Below, in pieces: positions 44,476-55,920 of a stretch of DNA of 64,000 nt. Numbering within the stretch: position 1 is the first letter of the stretch; every line of letters starts with the position of its first letter. Made by a program: the position numbers and the translations under genes. The stretch spans positions 2,267,331 through 2,331,330 of the forward strand of contig CP064983.1 in assembly GCA_016699635.1 (NCBI GenBank), in the 5' to 3' direction. Source of the DNA: Bacteroidota bacterium (lineage in GTDB: Bacteria; Bacteroidota; Bacteroidia; AKYH767-A; OLB10). A model generated the notes under the pieces. The model was not told the DNA's origin and did no database searches. It saw only the letters and a program-made list of their open reading frames with translations.

Positions 44476-45710
44476 TTTGCAGCAACCGTTCTCATTTTTT
44501 GAGAAACAATTCTGATTATGTAAGTCATGATGATGAGTAGGCAGGCCATCAATATCCATAACGTATTGTAACCGAAGTTGGCTATGGTTTGTGTAGCAAG
44601 AATTGGCAAGGCTGTTTGTGCCGAACTCCATGCCATAGAGTATAATGCTGCATATTGTCCGCGACTGGCAACAGAACTTTTTAAATTCATATAAGAATTC
44701 ATGAATGGCATTGCAAGCATTTCTGAAAAGGAAACCAATACAATAATAAAAGTGAATGCTGCAAAACCACCAATAAAAGGAAGGCAAAGGTAAGTCGCTG
44801 CAAGCAGAAGTCCGCCAATTGATATTGTACGGTAAAGGTTCCATCGTTTTTCTATGCGATAAACCAAAATCATTTCTACAACGGCAACTATTAATCCGTT
44901 AAACATCATCAGTAAACCAATCTGTCTTTCGCTCAGGTGATGAATGTCTTTATAAAATAAAGGCATGGTTATAAAAAACTGAAAGAAACAAAGTGCATAG
45001 ATAAAAGCAGCTACAATAAAATAAAGATAAATTTTGTCTTTGTAAGGAGAAGCAATTTGCTGTGTTTGGCTTTTGCCGAGCACATGATGCACCTTTTTAT
45101 TATGCAGCATAAATAGTGTAAATGTTGCAGCGGCAATACAAAAACATCCATTTGTATAAAATAAATAATCGTAACTTATAGAAGCTAAAAAACCACCAAG
45201 AACAGGCCCTACTGAGAAACCAAGGTTTATAGCTAATCTGTTTATTGAAATGGAGCGTGTGTAGTTTTCCGGCTTACTATAAAAAGCAATTGCTGTCATG
45301 TTGGCCGGACGATATGATTCACTAAAAATACTTAGAAAAAAGAATGAAATACATAAATATAAATAGGAGTGAATAAAAGGGATGAGCATAAATAAGCAAC
45401 CACCTGTAAATAAACTAATGAGCATTACAGGACGGTAGCCAATTATGTCTGTCAGTTTACCACCGGTAAAAGCACCTGTAAAACTTCCTGCACCAAAACA
45501 TGCCATCACCACACCGGTTTGTTGCACTGTAAGTCCTAGTTTTTCTGTCAGATACACTGAGAGGAAAAAGATTACCATAGTACCGCTTCTGTTTATGAGC
45601 ATCACTGCGGAAAGCAACCACACATCGCGCGAAATGCCTCCATAGGCACCGGAAAAAAGTGATTTAACACGTTGCAACATGCGGCAAAATTGAAAGAAGT
45701 TGCCTTGCAA
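44472..45710 (-). CDS. MFS-family transporter
   Basis: 412 aa, 12 predicted TM helices, MFS signature loop between TM2 and TM3 (…GKLTDIIGYRP…). Confidence 0.7.
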   Translation of the reverse strand: MQGNFFQFCRMLQRVKSLFSGAYGGISRDVWLLSAVMLINRSGTMVIFFLSVYLTEKLGLTVQQTGVVMACFGAGSFTGAFTGGKLTDIIGYRPVMLISLFTGGCLFMLIPFIHSYLYLCISFFFLSIFSESYRPANMTAIAFYSKPENYTRSISINRLAINLGFSVGPVLGGFLASISYDYLFYTNGCFCIAAATFTLFMLHNKKVHHVLGKSQTQQIASPYKDKIYLYFIVAAFIYALCFFQFFITMPLFYKDIHHLSERQIGLLMMFNGLIVAVVEMILVYRIEKRWNLYRTISIGGLLLAATYLCLPFIGGFAAFTFIIVLVSFSEMLAMPFMNSYMNLKSSVASRGQYAALYSMAWSSAQTALPILATQTIANFGYNTLWILMACLLIIMTYIIRIVSQKMRTVAAN

Positions 45711-45786
45711 AGCAAGAAGAATAAAAATACTTATACACTGCTTTATTTAATGTAATTTTGTGGCATTCCAATTCAATCGGTTTATT

Positions 45787-46263
45787 ATGAAGGTAGCAAT
45801 TATTATGGGCAGCAAGTCAGACCTTGAAGTCATGCAGCAGGCAGCACAGGTGCTTGCCGATTTTCAGGTAGAACATCATATTCAGATTGTTTCGGCACAT
45901 CGTACACCGGAGTTAATGGTACAATTCTCAAAAGAAGCTTATGACAAAGATTTTCGTGTCATCATAGCAGGGGCGGGGGGAGCAGCTCATCTTCCGGGTA
46001 TGGTTGCATCATTAACAGCACTTCCTGTCATTGGTGTTCCAGTAAAGTCGAGCAATAGTATTGATGGATGGGACTCTATTCTTTCAATATTGCAAATGCC
46101 AAACGGAGTTCCTGTGGCTACCGTTGCCCTGAATGCCGCACAGAATGCACGTTTGCTAGCCATTCAGATTTTAGCGACATCTGATAATGCACTTTATAGA
46201 AAACTTGAGTACTATAAGCAGTCGTTAAGAGATAAGGTTATCCGATCCAATGAAGGACTGTGA
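45787..46263 (+). CDS. purE: 5-(carboxyamino)imidazole ribonucleotide mutase
   Basis: MKVAIIMGSKSDLEVM…AHRTPE…IIAGAGGAAHLPGMVAS…VIGVPV… are PurE hallmarks. Confidence 0.9.
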   Translation: MKVAIIMGSKSDLEVMQQAAQVLADFQVEHHIQIVSAHRTPELMVQFSKEAYDKDFRVIIAGAGGAAHLPGMVASLTALPVIGVPVKSSNSIDGWDSILSILQMPNGVPVATVALNAAQNARLLAIQILATSDNALYRKLEYYKQSLRDKVIRSNEGL

Positions 46264-46615
46264 TTTTTAATAAAATTTTGCTGACAGGAGCTTCGATTGC
46301 AGCCTCCGGTCATTGAAATACATCTATATAGACCTCCAACTGATTTTTTTATTGGTTATAAGTTTTTAAATTGTTGAAATATAACTTTATTAACTAATGC
46401 ATTATCAATAGATTGAAGATGATGATTGAATAGTTTCAAGGACAATTAAAAATATTTTCAATAACCATTTGCTAATAAAAAATCCTTTTCTATTTTTGCG
46501 TTCCCTTTTTTGAAGGGTAAAGTGTGTTCATTGACATCGTGGATTAATGGCGTAATAACTTCTGAAGCAGATTAGTAAATAAGTAATTTGTTTGGGAATC
46601 ATTGATATTTAAGAG

Positions 46616-46689
46616 GCCGATGTAGCTCAGTTGGCCAGAGCTACTGATTTGTAATCAGTGGGTCGGGGGTTCGAATCCCTCCATCGGCT
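46616..46689 (+). tRNA. tRNA-Thr (anticodon TGT)
   Basis: GCCGATGTAGCTCAGTTGG…ACTGA-TTTGTAA-TCAGT…GGTTCGAATCCCTCCATCGGCT. Cloverleaf with anticodon loop UU-UGU-AA. Confidence 0.85.
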
Positions 46690-46750
46690 CTTTTTTATTT
46701 ATACATTTTCAGTTTGTCAACAATTGGCTAAGGTAAAACTGAACATTATC

Positions 46751-46833
46751 GGGGAGTTACCAGAGTGGCCAAATGGGACAGACTGTAAATCTGTTGTCTT
46801 ATGACTTCGGTGGTTCGAATCCACCACTCCCCA
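46751..46833 (+). tRNA. tRNA-Tyr (anticodon GTA), class II
   Basis: GGGGAGTTACCAGAGTGGCCAAATGGG-ACAGA-CTGTAAA-TCTGT-long variable arm-GGTTCGAATCCACCACTCCCCA, followed by CCA. Confidence 0.85.
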
Positions 46834-46856
46834 CCAATGAAGCCGGCAAATAACAA

Positions 46857-46928
46857 GCGGAAGTAGCTCATTTGGTAGAGCGATAGCCTTCCAAGCTATA
46901 GGTGGCGGGTTCGAGCCCGTCTTCCGCT
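46857..46928 (+). tRNA. tRNA-Gly (anticodon TCC)
   Basis: GCGGAAGTAGCTCATTTGGTAGAGC-ATAGC-CTTCCAA-GCTAT-…GGGTTCGAGCCCGTCTTCCGCT. Confidence 0.85.
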
Positions 46929-46994
46929 CAAAAGGTCTGGGTTCGATCCCGATAGTTATCGGGACCGTCTTCCGCTCAAAAGGTCTGGGTTCGA
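46919..46994. repeat. 1.6-copy tandem repeat built from the 3' end of tRNA-Gly plus downstream sequence, with an embedded 20-bp palindrome
   Basis: GTCTTCCGCTCAAAAGGTCTGGGTTCGA occurs at 46919..46946 and again at 46967..46994. The copies are separated by the palindrome TCCCGATAGTTATCGGGACC. The first copy overlaps the last 10 nt of tRNA-Gly. Confidence 0.7.
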
Positions 46995-47054
46995 GTTGAA
47001 ACTTACGAATTGAAGTTATAATGGCTCACCTAATATTGGGAATTATGTACAAGG

Positions 47055-47126
<72 letters not shown>

Positions 47127-47354
47127 TCAACGGCTCAAAGAAGTTTGAGCGTTGATTTGAGTGCCCCAAAAAATATGGGTGTGAGTTCAACCCCGATAGC
47201 TATCGGGAGTCAACGGTTCAAATACTATGAATTATAGAGATAGAAAATACAGACGCACATTAATCAACTTTGAAATGAATTTAAAGTTAACAATTATTAA
47301 TTATATATATCTCACAAATCAATTATTTAAGTAACCTGTTTATTAAATAAAAAA

Positions 47355-48542
47355 ATGGCTAAAGAAAAATTTGATCGTTCCAAACCACACGTAAATATTG
47401 GAACTATTGGTCACGTTGACCACGGAAAGACCACCTTGACCGCTGCAATCACAACTGTGTTGGCAAATAAAGGTCTGGCAGAATTGCGTTCATTCGATTC
47501 TATCGACAACGCTCCTGAAGAAAAAGAACGCGGTATTACTATCAATACTTCGCACGTTGAGTACCAAACAGAAAACCGTCACTATGCACACGTTGACTGT
47601 CCCGGTCACGCTGACTATGTAAAGAACATGGTAACAGGTGCTGCACAGATGGACGGTGCCATTCTTGTAGTTGCTGCAACTGATGGACCAATGCCTCAAA
47701 CGCGTGGCGACATCCTGCTTGCACGTCAGGTAGGTGTACCTAAGATTGTTGTTTTTATGAATAAAGTTGACATGGTTGACGATCCTGAATTGTTAGACCT
47801 TGTTGAAATGGAAATCCGCGAACTTTTGTCGTTCTATGAATTTGATGGTAACAACACACCAATCATTCGTGGTTCTGCATTAGGTGGATTGAATGCTGAT
47901 GCTAAATGGGTAGATAAAATTATGGAATTGATGGCAGCAGTAGATACCTACATTCCAATTCCTCCTCGTCAGGTTGACCTTCCATTCCTTATGCCGGTTG
48001 AAGACGTGTTCTCAATTACAGGTCGTGGAACTGTTGCTACCGGTCGTATTGAAAGAGGTGTTATCAACTCAAACGATACGGTTGAAATTATCGGTATGCA
48101 AGATAAAAAGCTTACTTCAACTGTTACAGGTGTGGAAATGTTCCGCAAGATTCTTGACAGAGGTGAAGCAGGTGATAACGTTGGTTTGTTGTTACGCGGT
48201 ATTGAAAAAACTGACATCCGCAGAGGTATGGTAGTTGCAAAGCCAGGCTCAATTACTCCACACACTGAGTTTAAAGCAGAAATCTACGTTCTTAAGAAAG
48301 AAGAAGGTGGACGTCACACACCATTCCATAACAAATACCGTCCACAGTTCTACTTACGTACAACTGATGTAACCGGTGAAATCGTACTTCCTGAAGGACG
48401 TGAGATGGTTATGCCTGGTGATAACGTTACCATCACTGTGAAATTGATCGTGCCAGTAGCTATGGATCCAGGTCTTCGTTTCGCTATCCGCGAAGATGGA
48501 CGTACTGTAGGTGCCGGTCAGGTTACGGAGATAATTAAATAA
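47355..48542 (+). CDS. tuf: Translation elongation factor Tu
   Basis: Full-length EF-Tu (…[10 protein letters not shown]…DCPGHADY…NKVD…) with no visible frameshift. Canonical context downstream of the Thr-Tyr-Gly-Thr tRNA array. Confidence 0.95.
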   Translation: MAKEKFDRSKPHVNIGTIGHVDHGKTTLTAAITTVLANKGLAELRSFDSIDNAPEEKERGITINTSHVEYQTENRHYAHVDCPGHADYVKNMVTGAAQMDGAILVVAATDGPMPQTRGDILLARQVGVPKIVVFMNKVDMVDDPELLDLVEMEIRELLSFYEFDGNNTPIIRGSALGGLNADAKWVDKIMELMAAVDTYIPIPPRQVDLPFLMPVEDVFSITGRGTVATGRIERGVINSNDTVEIIGMQDKKLTSTVTGVEMFRKILDRGEAGDNVGLLLRGIEKTDIRRGMVVAKPGSITPHTEFKAEIYVLKKEEGGRHTPFHNKYRPQFYLRTTDVTGEIVLPEGREMVMPGDNVTITVKLIVPVAMDPGLRFAIREDGRTVGAGQVTEIIK

Positions 48543-48557
48543 TTGTATTGGAACAGT

Positions 48558-48578
48558 CAGCCCCGTTATGCGGGGCTG
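48558..48578 (+). terminator. Stem-loop after tuf (CAGCCCCG-ttat-CGGGGCTG). No U-tract, so it may be a weak terminator or an RNA processing signal.
   Basis: Perfect 8-bp GC-rich inverted repeat 15 nt after the tuf stop, preceding tRNA-Trp. Confidence 0.4.
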
Positions 48579-48643
48579 GCGAAAACCAATACACGGAAGC
48601 AACGGCTTTCGCAGGAGAACGGTTTAATTATCTATCATAAATT

Positions 48644-48714
48644 ACGAGTGTAGTTCAAGGGTAGAATAGCGGTCTCCAAAACCGTTGATGGGAGTTCGAA
48701 TCTCTCCACTCGTG
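48644..48714 (+). tRNA. tRNA-Trp (anticodon CCA)
   Basis: ACGAGTGTAGTTCAAGGGTAGAATAGCGGTCTCCAAAACCGTTGATGGGAGTTCGAATCTCTCCACTCGTG. Anticodon loop CU-CCA-AA. Lies between tuf and secE as in many bacteria. Confidence 0.8.
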
Positions 48715-48816
48715 CAGAGGAAGATTGAAGGTAAAATAGAAATTGCAATACTTGACAATATGTATTGTTTTAAAAATAGAACAGAAACTGGTAAAGCAGT
48801 TTAAACAATAAAACTG

Positions 48817-49008
48817 ATGAATAAAATCAGAGCATACGTACGGGAATCTTATCTTGAATTAACAACCAAGGTAACCTGGCCAACATGGGCCGAATTGCAA
48901 AATAGTGCAATCATTGTACTTGTTGCTTCGCTCATTATCGGACTGATTATATTTTTCATGGACTTCCTTTCACAAGGTATCATGAATATATTATATAAAA
49001 TGTTTTAA
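48817..49008 (+). CDS. secE: Preprotein translocase subunit SecE
   Basis: 63 aa, single C-terminal TM helix (…AIIVLVASLIIGLIIFFMDF…). Position upstream of nusG. Confidence 0.8.
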   Translation: MNKIRAYVRESYLELTTKVTWPTWAELQNSAIIVLVASLIIGLIIFFMDFLSQGIMNILYKMF

Positions 49009-49010
49009 TC

Positions 49011-49565
49011 GTGAATCTGATGACCGATACAGGAAAGAAGTGGTATGTGATTCGTGCTATCAGCGGCAAGGAAAAGAAAGTGAAGCAATATATAGAATCA
49101 GAAATAAGTCGTTTAGGCCTTTCTGATTATGTTGCTCAGGTGCTTATCCCAACTGAAAAAGTGTATCAGATTAAAGACGGTAAAAAAATAAGTAAAGAAA
49201 GAAGTTATCTGCCCGGTTATGTGTTGATTGAAGCCAATCTTGTAGGAGAAATACCTCACATTATAGAAAATGTAACAGGCGTTATCAGCTTTTTAGGTTC
49301 TAAAGGCGAGGCACCAGCACCATTACGTCAGTCGGAAGTAAACAGAATATTAGGTAAAGTTGATGAACTGGCAGATTCGGAAGAAGTGTTGAATATTCCG
49401 TTTGTAGTTGGAGAAACAGTGAAAGTAACTGATGGTCCGTTTAACAGCTTCTCAGGTGTGATTGAAGAGGTTCATGAAGACAAGAAAAAACTTAAGGTTA
49501 TGGTGAAAATTTTCGGCAGAAAAACACCACTTGAGTTAAGTTATATGCAAGTAGAAAAAGAATAA
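49011..49565 (+). CDS. nusG: Transcription termination/antitermination factor NusG
   Basis: NGN domain (…KWYVIRAISGKEKKV…) and C-terminal KOW (…GETVKVTDGPFNSFSGVIEEV…). Confidence 0.9.
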   Translation: MNLMTDTGKKWYVIRAISGKEKKVKQYIESEISRLGLSDYVAQVLIPTEKVYQIKDGKKISKERSYLPGYVLIEANLVGEIPHIIENVTGVISFLGSKGEAPAPLRQSEVNRILGKVDELADSEEVLNIPFVVGETVKVTDGPFNSFSGVIEEVHEDKKKLKVMVKIFGRKTPLELSYMQVEKE

Positions 49566-49664
49566 AAATCAATAAGCCGTGCTGTGCTGAAAAGAGTAAG
49601 TGATTTAGCTTCCTTATCACCAACTCCGAACAAAACAAACGGTAATTAAAATCAAAAAAATACC

Positions 49665-50102
49665 ATGGCAAAAGAAATAGGAGCCCTCATTAAATTGCAA
49701 GTAAAAGGTGGAGCAGCAAATCCTGCCCCTCCGATTGGTCCTGCATTAGGTGCTAAGGGTGTTAACATTATGGAGTTTTGTAAGCAGTTCAATGCTCGCA
49801 CTCAGGATCAGGCCGGAAAAGTGTTACCTGTAATTATTACTGTATATACCGATAAGTCATTTGAATTTATAATCAAACGTCCACCGGTATCAATACAATT
49901 GATGGAAGCAGCCAAGATTAAAACTGGGTCTGCTGAATCGAATCGTAAAAAAGCTGGATCGGTTAAGTGGGAACAAGTAAAAGCTATTGCTGAAGATAAA
50001 ATGCCTGACTTAAATTGCTTTACCATTGAATCTGCTATGAGCATGGTTGCAGGTACTGCACGTAGTCTTGGTATTACAATTGAAGGGCAAAAGCCTTATT
50101 AA
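49665..50102 (+). CDS. rplK: 50S ribosomal protein L11
   Basis: …[34 protein letters not shown]… is the L11 signature. Confidence 0.95.
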   Translation: MAKEIGALIKLQVKGGAANPAPPIGPALGAKGVNIMEFCKQFNARTQDQAGKVLPVIITVYTDKSFEFIIKRPPVSIQLMEAAKIKTGSAESNRKKAGSVKWEQVKAIAEDKMPDLNCFTIESAMSMVAGTARSLGITIEGQKPY

Positions 50103-50207
50103 TTACTGCCGGACAACAAAGGTTGTTCAGCATGATTTGAAAAAGTAAATTAACAGAAGGAGTTTCGGTTTATAAACGGAACGTTATCACTTCACAAATT
50201 ATATAAA

Positions 50208-50906
50208 ATGGCAAAACTGACAAAAAACCAGAAGTTGGTTAATGCGAAGTACGACAGTGAAAAATCATATACACTGCAGGATGCTTCTAAGATTGTTAAA
50301 GACATCACGTTTACAAAGTTTGATGCATCAGTTGATCTGAGCATTAGATTAGGCGTTGATCCACGTAAAGCAAATCAGATGGTTCGTGGCATCGTTACCC
50401 TGCCGCATGGAACAGGAAAGACTGTAAAAGTATTGGTGCTTTGCACACCCGACAAAGAAGCAGAAGCAAAAGCTGCCGGTGCCGATTATGTTGGATTGGA
50501 TGAGTATATCACCAAAATCGAACAAGGTTGGGTTGATATGGATGTGGTAATTACCATGCCTGCGGTAATGGCTAAGGTAGGTAAATTAGGTCGTGTATTA
50601 GGTCCTCGTAACCTTATGCCAAATCCAAAGACAGGAACTGTTACTACTGATGTAGGTAAAGCTGTGACTGAAGTTAAGGGCGGTAAGATTGATTTTAAAG
50701 TTGACAAAACAGGAATCATTCATGCATCAGTTGGTAAAGTATCATTTGAGCCGAACAAACTTTTTGAAAACGCCAATGAGTTGCTTCAGAGTATTATCAA
50801 ATTAAAACCATCATCAGCAAAAGGTACTTATCTGAGAAGTGTTTCAATGAGCAGTACAATGAGTCCCGGTGTTAAGGTGGATACAAAATCAATTGCAGGT
50901 CAATAA
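50208..50906 (+). CDS. rplA: 50S ribosomal protein L1
   Basis: …[13 protein letters not shown]…[11 protein letters not shown]… is the L1 signature. Confidence 0.95.
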   Translation: MAKLTKNQKLVNAKYDSEKSYTLQDASKIVKDITFTKFDASVDLSIRLGVDPRKANQMVRGIVTLPHGTGKTVKVLVLCTPDKEAEAKAAGADYVGLDEYITKIEQGWVDMDVVITMPAVMAKVGKLGRVLGPRNLMPNPKTGTVTTDVGKAVTEVKGGKIDFKVDKTGIIHASVGKVSFEPNKLFENANELLQSIIKLKPSSAKGTYLRSVSMSSTMSPGVKVDTKSIAGQ

Positions 50907-50928
50907 TCATATATAAATTATTCAACAA

Positions 50929-51426
50929 ATGACAAGAGAAGAAAAAAATATAGAAATAGATAGCCTGGCACAACAGTTCAGCGAGTTTCCAAACTTCTAC
51001 ATTACTAATGTAGAGAGCCTGAACAGTGATAAAACATCTAAGCTGCGCAGACTTTGTTACAGCAGAAATGTAAAACTGCGTGTAGCAAAAAATAACCTCA
51101 TCAAGAAGGCATTACAAAAGTTGGATCCAACTGCTTATGATACGTTGATTCCTGCATTAAAAGGTACTTCGGCAATTATGTTCAGTGAAGTATCAAACGT
51201 GCCTGCAAAACTTATAAAAGAGTTCAGAGCAAAAGACAGCGTTCCTGCAATAAAAGCTGCATGGATTGATTCATCAATCTTTGTTGGCGACAATCAGTTA
51301 GAGGTATTAGCAAATCTGAAATCTAAGAATGAACTTATTGCAGAGGTTATTGCATTACTTCAGTCACCTGCTAAAAATGTGGTTTCACAACTTACATCTG
51401 GGGCAGCAAACTGGCAGGTATATTAA
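50929..51426 (+). CDS. rplJ: 50S ribosomal protein L10
   Basis: Position between rplA and rplL. L10-like N-terminal domain (…FYITNVESLNSDKTSKLRR…). Confidence 0.85.
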   Translation: MTREEKNIEIDSLAQQFSEFPNFYITNVESLNSDKTSKLRRLCYSRNVKLRVAKNNLIKKALQKLDPTAYDTLIPALKGTSAIMFSEVSNVPAKLIKEFRAKDSVPAIKAAWIDSSIFVGDNQLEVLANLKSKNELIAEVIALLQSPAKNVVSQLTSGAANWQVY

Positions 51427-51523
51427 AAACATTAGAAGAGAAAAGGTTCTTAAGCTTCCACCTTTGAATCTTAAACTATAGTACAATTCAAATAAACATT
51501 TAAAACAATTAAAATTAAATAAA

Positions 51524-51898
51524 ATGGCAGATTTAAATGCATTCGCAGAACAGTTGGTAAACCTGACAGTAAAAGAAGTTCAGGAACTTTCAACCATTCT
51601 AAAAGACAAATACGGTATTGAGCCTGCTGCTGCAGCACCAGTTATGATACCGGTGGCGGTGGCGGTGGCGCAGCTGCTGCTGAAGAAAAACATCTTTGAT
51701 GTAATTCTTAAGTCAGGTGGTAATGCAAAACTGGCAGTAGTAAAGCTGGTAAAAGAATTGAGCGGACTTGGCTTGAAAGAAGCTAAAGACTTAGTTGATG
51801 GCGCTCCAAAACCGGTTAAAGAAGGTGTTTCTAAGGAAGAAGCAAATTCTATCAAGCAACAACTTGAAGAAGCCGGAGCTGAAGTTGAGATCAAGTAA
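51524..51898 (+). CDS. rplL: 50S ribosomal protein L7/L12. The reading frame has an internal compensated double frameshift in the hinge region.
   Basis: N-terminal dimerisation domain and C-terminal domain (…[67 protein letters not shown]) are canonical. The hinge reads …[15 protein letters not shown]… whereas an alternative frame across 51651..51697 gives …[13 protein letters not shown]…. Confidence 0.9.
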   Translation: MADLNAFAEQLVNLTVKEVQELSTILKDKYGIEPAAAAPVMIPVAVAVAQLLLKKNIFDVILKSGGNAKLAVVKLVKELSGLGLKEAKDLVDGAPKPVKEGVSKEEANSIKQQLEEAGAEVEIK

Positions 51899-51917
51899 TA
51901 CCTCGGTTTAAAAAATC

Positions 51918-51960
51918 ATAGGCCTTTTCCAAATGGGGAAGGCCTATACCCCTTTTACAG
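51918..51960 (+). terminator. Strong hairpin plus T-rich tract in the rplL–rpoB intergenic region (attenuator/terminator candidate)
   Basis: ATAGGCCTTTTCC-aaat-GGGGAAGGCCTAT forms a ~13-bp stem including G·U pairs and is followed by ACCCCTTTT. An rplL–rpoB attenuator is known in E. coli. Confidence 0.55.
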
Positions 51961-52023
51961 CCTCTGCAATTGCACAGGCTTTTAGTACAACAAGGATTGA
52001 AATCAATATAAAAACAAATACAC

Positions 52024-55000
52024 TTGGCTGCAATCACATCAACGCCAGATAAAGGCGGTTCAAAAAGAATAAACTTCTCTAAGAATAAAAACTTAATTGA
52101 TTATCCTGACTTTCTCGACATTCAGTTGAAATCGTTTCAGGATTTTTTCCAGATCGAAACAACATCTGACAACCGTCAGAATGAAGGTCTTTATAAAGTA
52201 TTCGCAGAAAACTTTCCGATAACGGATTCACGAAATAATTTTGTGCTTGAGTTTCTCGATTATTTTATTGACCCGCCAAGATATTCTATTCAGGAATGTC
52301 TTGAAAGAGGACTCACACACAGTGTACCTCTAAAAGCTAAATTAAAATTGTACTGTACCGACCCTGAGCATGAGGATTTCGAAACTATTGTTCAGGATGT
52401 TTACTTAGGTACAATTCCGTACATGACACCAAAGGGAACCTTTGTGATTAATGGTGCAGAACGCGTTATTGTTTCGCAGTTGCACCGTTCACCGGGAGTA
52501 TTTTTCGACAAAGCCGTCATGCTAACGGAACAAAACTTTATTCAGCACGTGTAATTCCTTTCAAAGGATCGTGGATTGAATTTGCAACAGACATTAACAG
52601 TGTCATGTATGCGTACATTGACCGTAAAAAGAAGTTTCCGGTTACCACATTGTTCCGTGCAATAGGTTTTGAAAGCGATAAACAGATTCTTGAAATTTTC
52701 GGACTTGCTGACGAGATTAAAGTAAGCAAATCAGGATTAAAATCACATGTTGGCCGTAAGTTAGCTGCACGTGTTCTTAAATCGTGGGTTGAAGATTTTG
52801 TGGATGAAGATACCGGTGAAGTAGTTTCTATCGAGCGTAATGAAATTATTCTTGAGCGTGAAACCTTCCTTGAAGATCATCACATTGACCTGATTATTGA
52901 AGCCGGAGTAAAATCCATTATCCTTCATAAAGAAGATGGCAACTCTGCTGACTATGCAATTATTTACAACACGCTGCAGAAAGATACTTCCAACTCTGAA
53001 AAAGAAGCGGTTGAACATATCTATCGTCAGTTGCGTAATGCAGAACCACCGGATGAGGAAACAGCACGTGGTATCATCGAAAAACTTTTCTTCTCTGATA
53101 AGAGATATGATTTAGGTGAAGTAGGTCGTTACCGTATCAATAAAAAACTTAACCTCAATACACCTGAAGATGTGAAGGTGCTTACTAAAGAGGATATTAT
53201 TTTAATCATAAAGTACCTCATTCAGCTTATCAACTCTAAAGCTGATGTGGATGATATTGATCACTTATCAAACAGACGTGTACGTACAGTTGGCGAACAA
53301 TTATATTCTCAGTTTGGTGTAGGTTTTTCCCGTATGGCGCGTACCATCCGTGAGCGTATGAACGTTCGCGACAACGAAGTGTTTACGCCTGCTGATTTGA
53401 TTAATGCAAAAACATTGTCTTCAGTAATCAATTCATTCTTCGGAACCAATCAGTTGTCACAGTTTATGGATCAAACAAATCCGTTGGCTGAGATTACGCA
53501 TAAAAGAAGGCTCTCTGCCCTTGGACCCGGAGGTCTTTCGCGCGAGCGTGCAGGTTTCGAGGTACGTGACGTTCACTATACACATTACGGACGTTTGTGT
53601 ACCATTGAAACACCTGAAGGACCAAACATCGGTTTGATTTCTTCACTCTGTGTTTTCGCAAAAATCAACAATCTTGGATTCATTGAAACACCTTATCGTG
53701 TAATCGAAAACGGAAAAGTGGATTTGAATCGTCCTCCTGTATTTTTAACTGCAGAAGAAGAAGATAATAAAGTAATTGCACAGGCAAATGCACATATTGA
53801 TGCAACAGGAAACTTCCTTGATGCACGTGTTAAAGCACGTTATGAAGGTGACTTCCCTGAAGTAGATCCTGAGCATCTGCACCTGATGGACGTAGCACCT
53901 AATCAGATTGCATCTATTGCAGCATCATTGATTCCTTTCCTTGAACATGATGATGCAAACCGTGCACTGATGGGTTCAAACATGCAACGGCAGGCTGTGC
54001 CGTTGATGCGCCCGGAAGCCCCTGTTGTTGGAACAGGACTTGAAGGTCAGGTGGTGCGCGACTCACGTGTGCTCATCAATGCGCAACATGATGGGGTAGT
54101 TGAATATGTAGATGCCAATGAAATTCGTGTTCGCAGCATTCTTTCAGAAGATGAAAAACTGTTGAGCTTTTAGTGATGAGATTGAAGTTTATAATCTGAT
54201 AAAATTCCAGAAGACAAATCAAAGCACTTGTATTAACCTTAAGCCTATTGTTAGAAAAGGGGAGAAGGTTAGAGCAGGACAGGTATTGTGCGAAGGTTAT
54301 GCAACCAAAGACGGTGAATTGGCCTTAGGACGTAACCTTAAAGTTGCTTTCATGCCCTGGAAAGGAAATAACTTCGAAGATGCTATTGTGATTTCTGAGC
54401 GTGTTGTACGCGAAGATATTTTCACTTCTCTTCACGTTGATGAATATACGCTTGAAGTTCGTGACACCAAGCGTGGTCTTGAAGAACTTACTGCAGATAT
54501 TCCAAACGTTAGTGAAGAAGCAACCCGCGACCTTGATGATAACGGATTGATTCGTGTTGGTGCAGAAGTGAAAGAAGGAGATATCATTATCGGAAAAATC
54601 ACACCAAAAGGAGAAACAGATCCTTCACCCGAAGAGAAACTGCTTCGTGCCATCTTTGGTGATAAAGCCGGTGATGTTAAAGATGCATCACTGAAACTGC
54701 CACCATCTGTAAAAGGTGTTGTAATTGACAAGAAGTTGTTTTCACGTGCAGTGAAAGATAAAAACTCAAAGACTGATGATAAAGTAGTGTTAACCAAACT
54801 TGATGATGAGCAGGCAAGAGATCTATCAGCTATAAAAGCTAAATTGGTTGACAAACTGTTTATCCTCGTTAATGGAAAAACATCGCAAGGTGTGATGGAT
54901 ATCTTTAAAGAATTTGTTATTCCGAAAGGCAGCAAGTTTACTCAGAAGATGTTGCAGGAGTTGGATTATAATAACATCAACCCATCAAAATGGACAACCG

Positions 55001-55851
55001 ATAAAGATCGTAATGATCAGATAAAAGAGTTGTTGCACAACTACAACATTAAAGTAAATGATGTGGTAGGTTCCTATAAACGTAAGAAGTTTGCTATTCA
55101 GGTTGGTGATGAACTGCCAGCAGGTATTATGCAGTTAGCAAAAGTTTACATTGCTAAAAAACGTAAACTTACAGTAGGTGATAAGATGGCATACCGTCAT
55201 GGTAATAAAGGTATTGTTGCTAAGATTGTCCGTGAAGAGGAAATGCCTTTCCTTGAAGACGGAACACCTGTTGACATTGTACTTAATCCGCTTGGTGTAC
55301 CTTCCCGTATGAACCTTGGTCAGATTTATGAAACTGTACTTGGATGGGCAGGACAAAAGTTAGGTGTAAAGTTTGCAACACCAATATTTGATGGAGCAAC
55401 ATTAGATGAAATTGAACATTATGTAGATAAAGCAGGATTATCGAAATATGGTGCTACATACCTTACAGATGGTGGCACAGGAGAACGCTTCGATCAGCCT
55501 GCAACAGTTGGTATCATCTATATGCTTAAGTTAGGTCACATGGTTGATGATAAGATGCATGCCCGTTCAATAGGACCATACTCACTCATCACGCAACAGC
55601 CTTTAGGTGGTAAAGCACAGTTTGGTGGTCAGCGTCTTGGTGAGATGGAGGTATGGGCACTTGAAGCATTCGGTGCATCAAACATTCTTCAGGAATTGTT
55701 GACAGTTAAGTCTGATGACGTAGTTGGAAGAGCTAAAGCTTATGAAGCAATTGTTAAAGGAGATAACATGCCTACACCGGGAGTACCTGAGTCGTTCAAT
55801 GTATTACTGCATGAATTGCGTGGATTAGGTTTAAAAATAACATTAGATTAA
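52024..55851 (+). CDS. rpoB: DNA-directed RNA polymerase beta subunit, two apparent frameshifts (near 52510 and 54170)
   Basis: Three collinear ORFs (52024..52554, 52605..54173, 54286..55851) together cover RpoB. Conserved blocks include …[11 protein letters not shown]…, …[18 protein letters not shown]…, …[16 protein letters not shown]…, …GNKGIV…, …[15 protein letters not shown]…. The start is a TTG. Confidence 0.9.
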
Positions 55852-55920
55852 AAGAACATGTGCAGGGTTTTTGCTCTGCACATAACTTTTCTATCATAAA
55901 AATTATTCAACAAAAACAAA

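Noticed and set aside
46929-47054. Possible fifth tRNA gene between tRNA-Gly and tRNA-Thr (T-arm-like GGGTTCGATCCC present)
   Set aside because: Only T-arm and acceptor 3' pieces are present. There is no D-arm or anticodon arm and no matching 5' acceptor strand. It is better described as a tRNA 3' fragment repeat, as reported in the findings.
47490-47724. Antisense ORFs within tuf, rpoB (54432..54935, Ser-rich), rplL (51580..51894), rpoC (58953..59231) and others
   Set aside because: They lie entirely inside highly conserved genes on the opposite strand. They are typical shadow ORFs.
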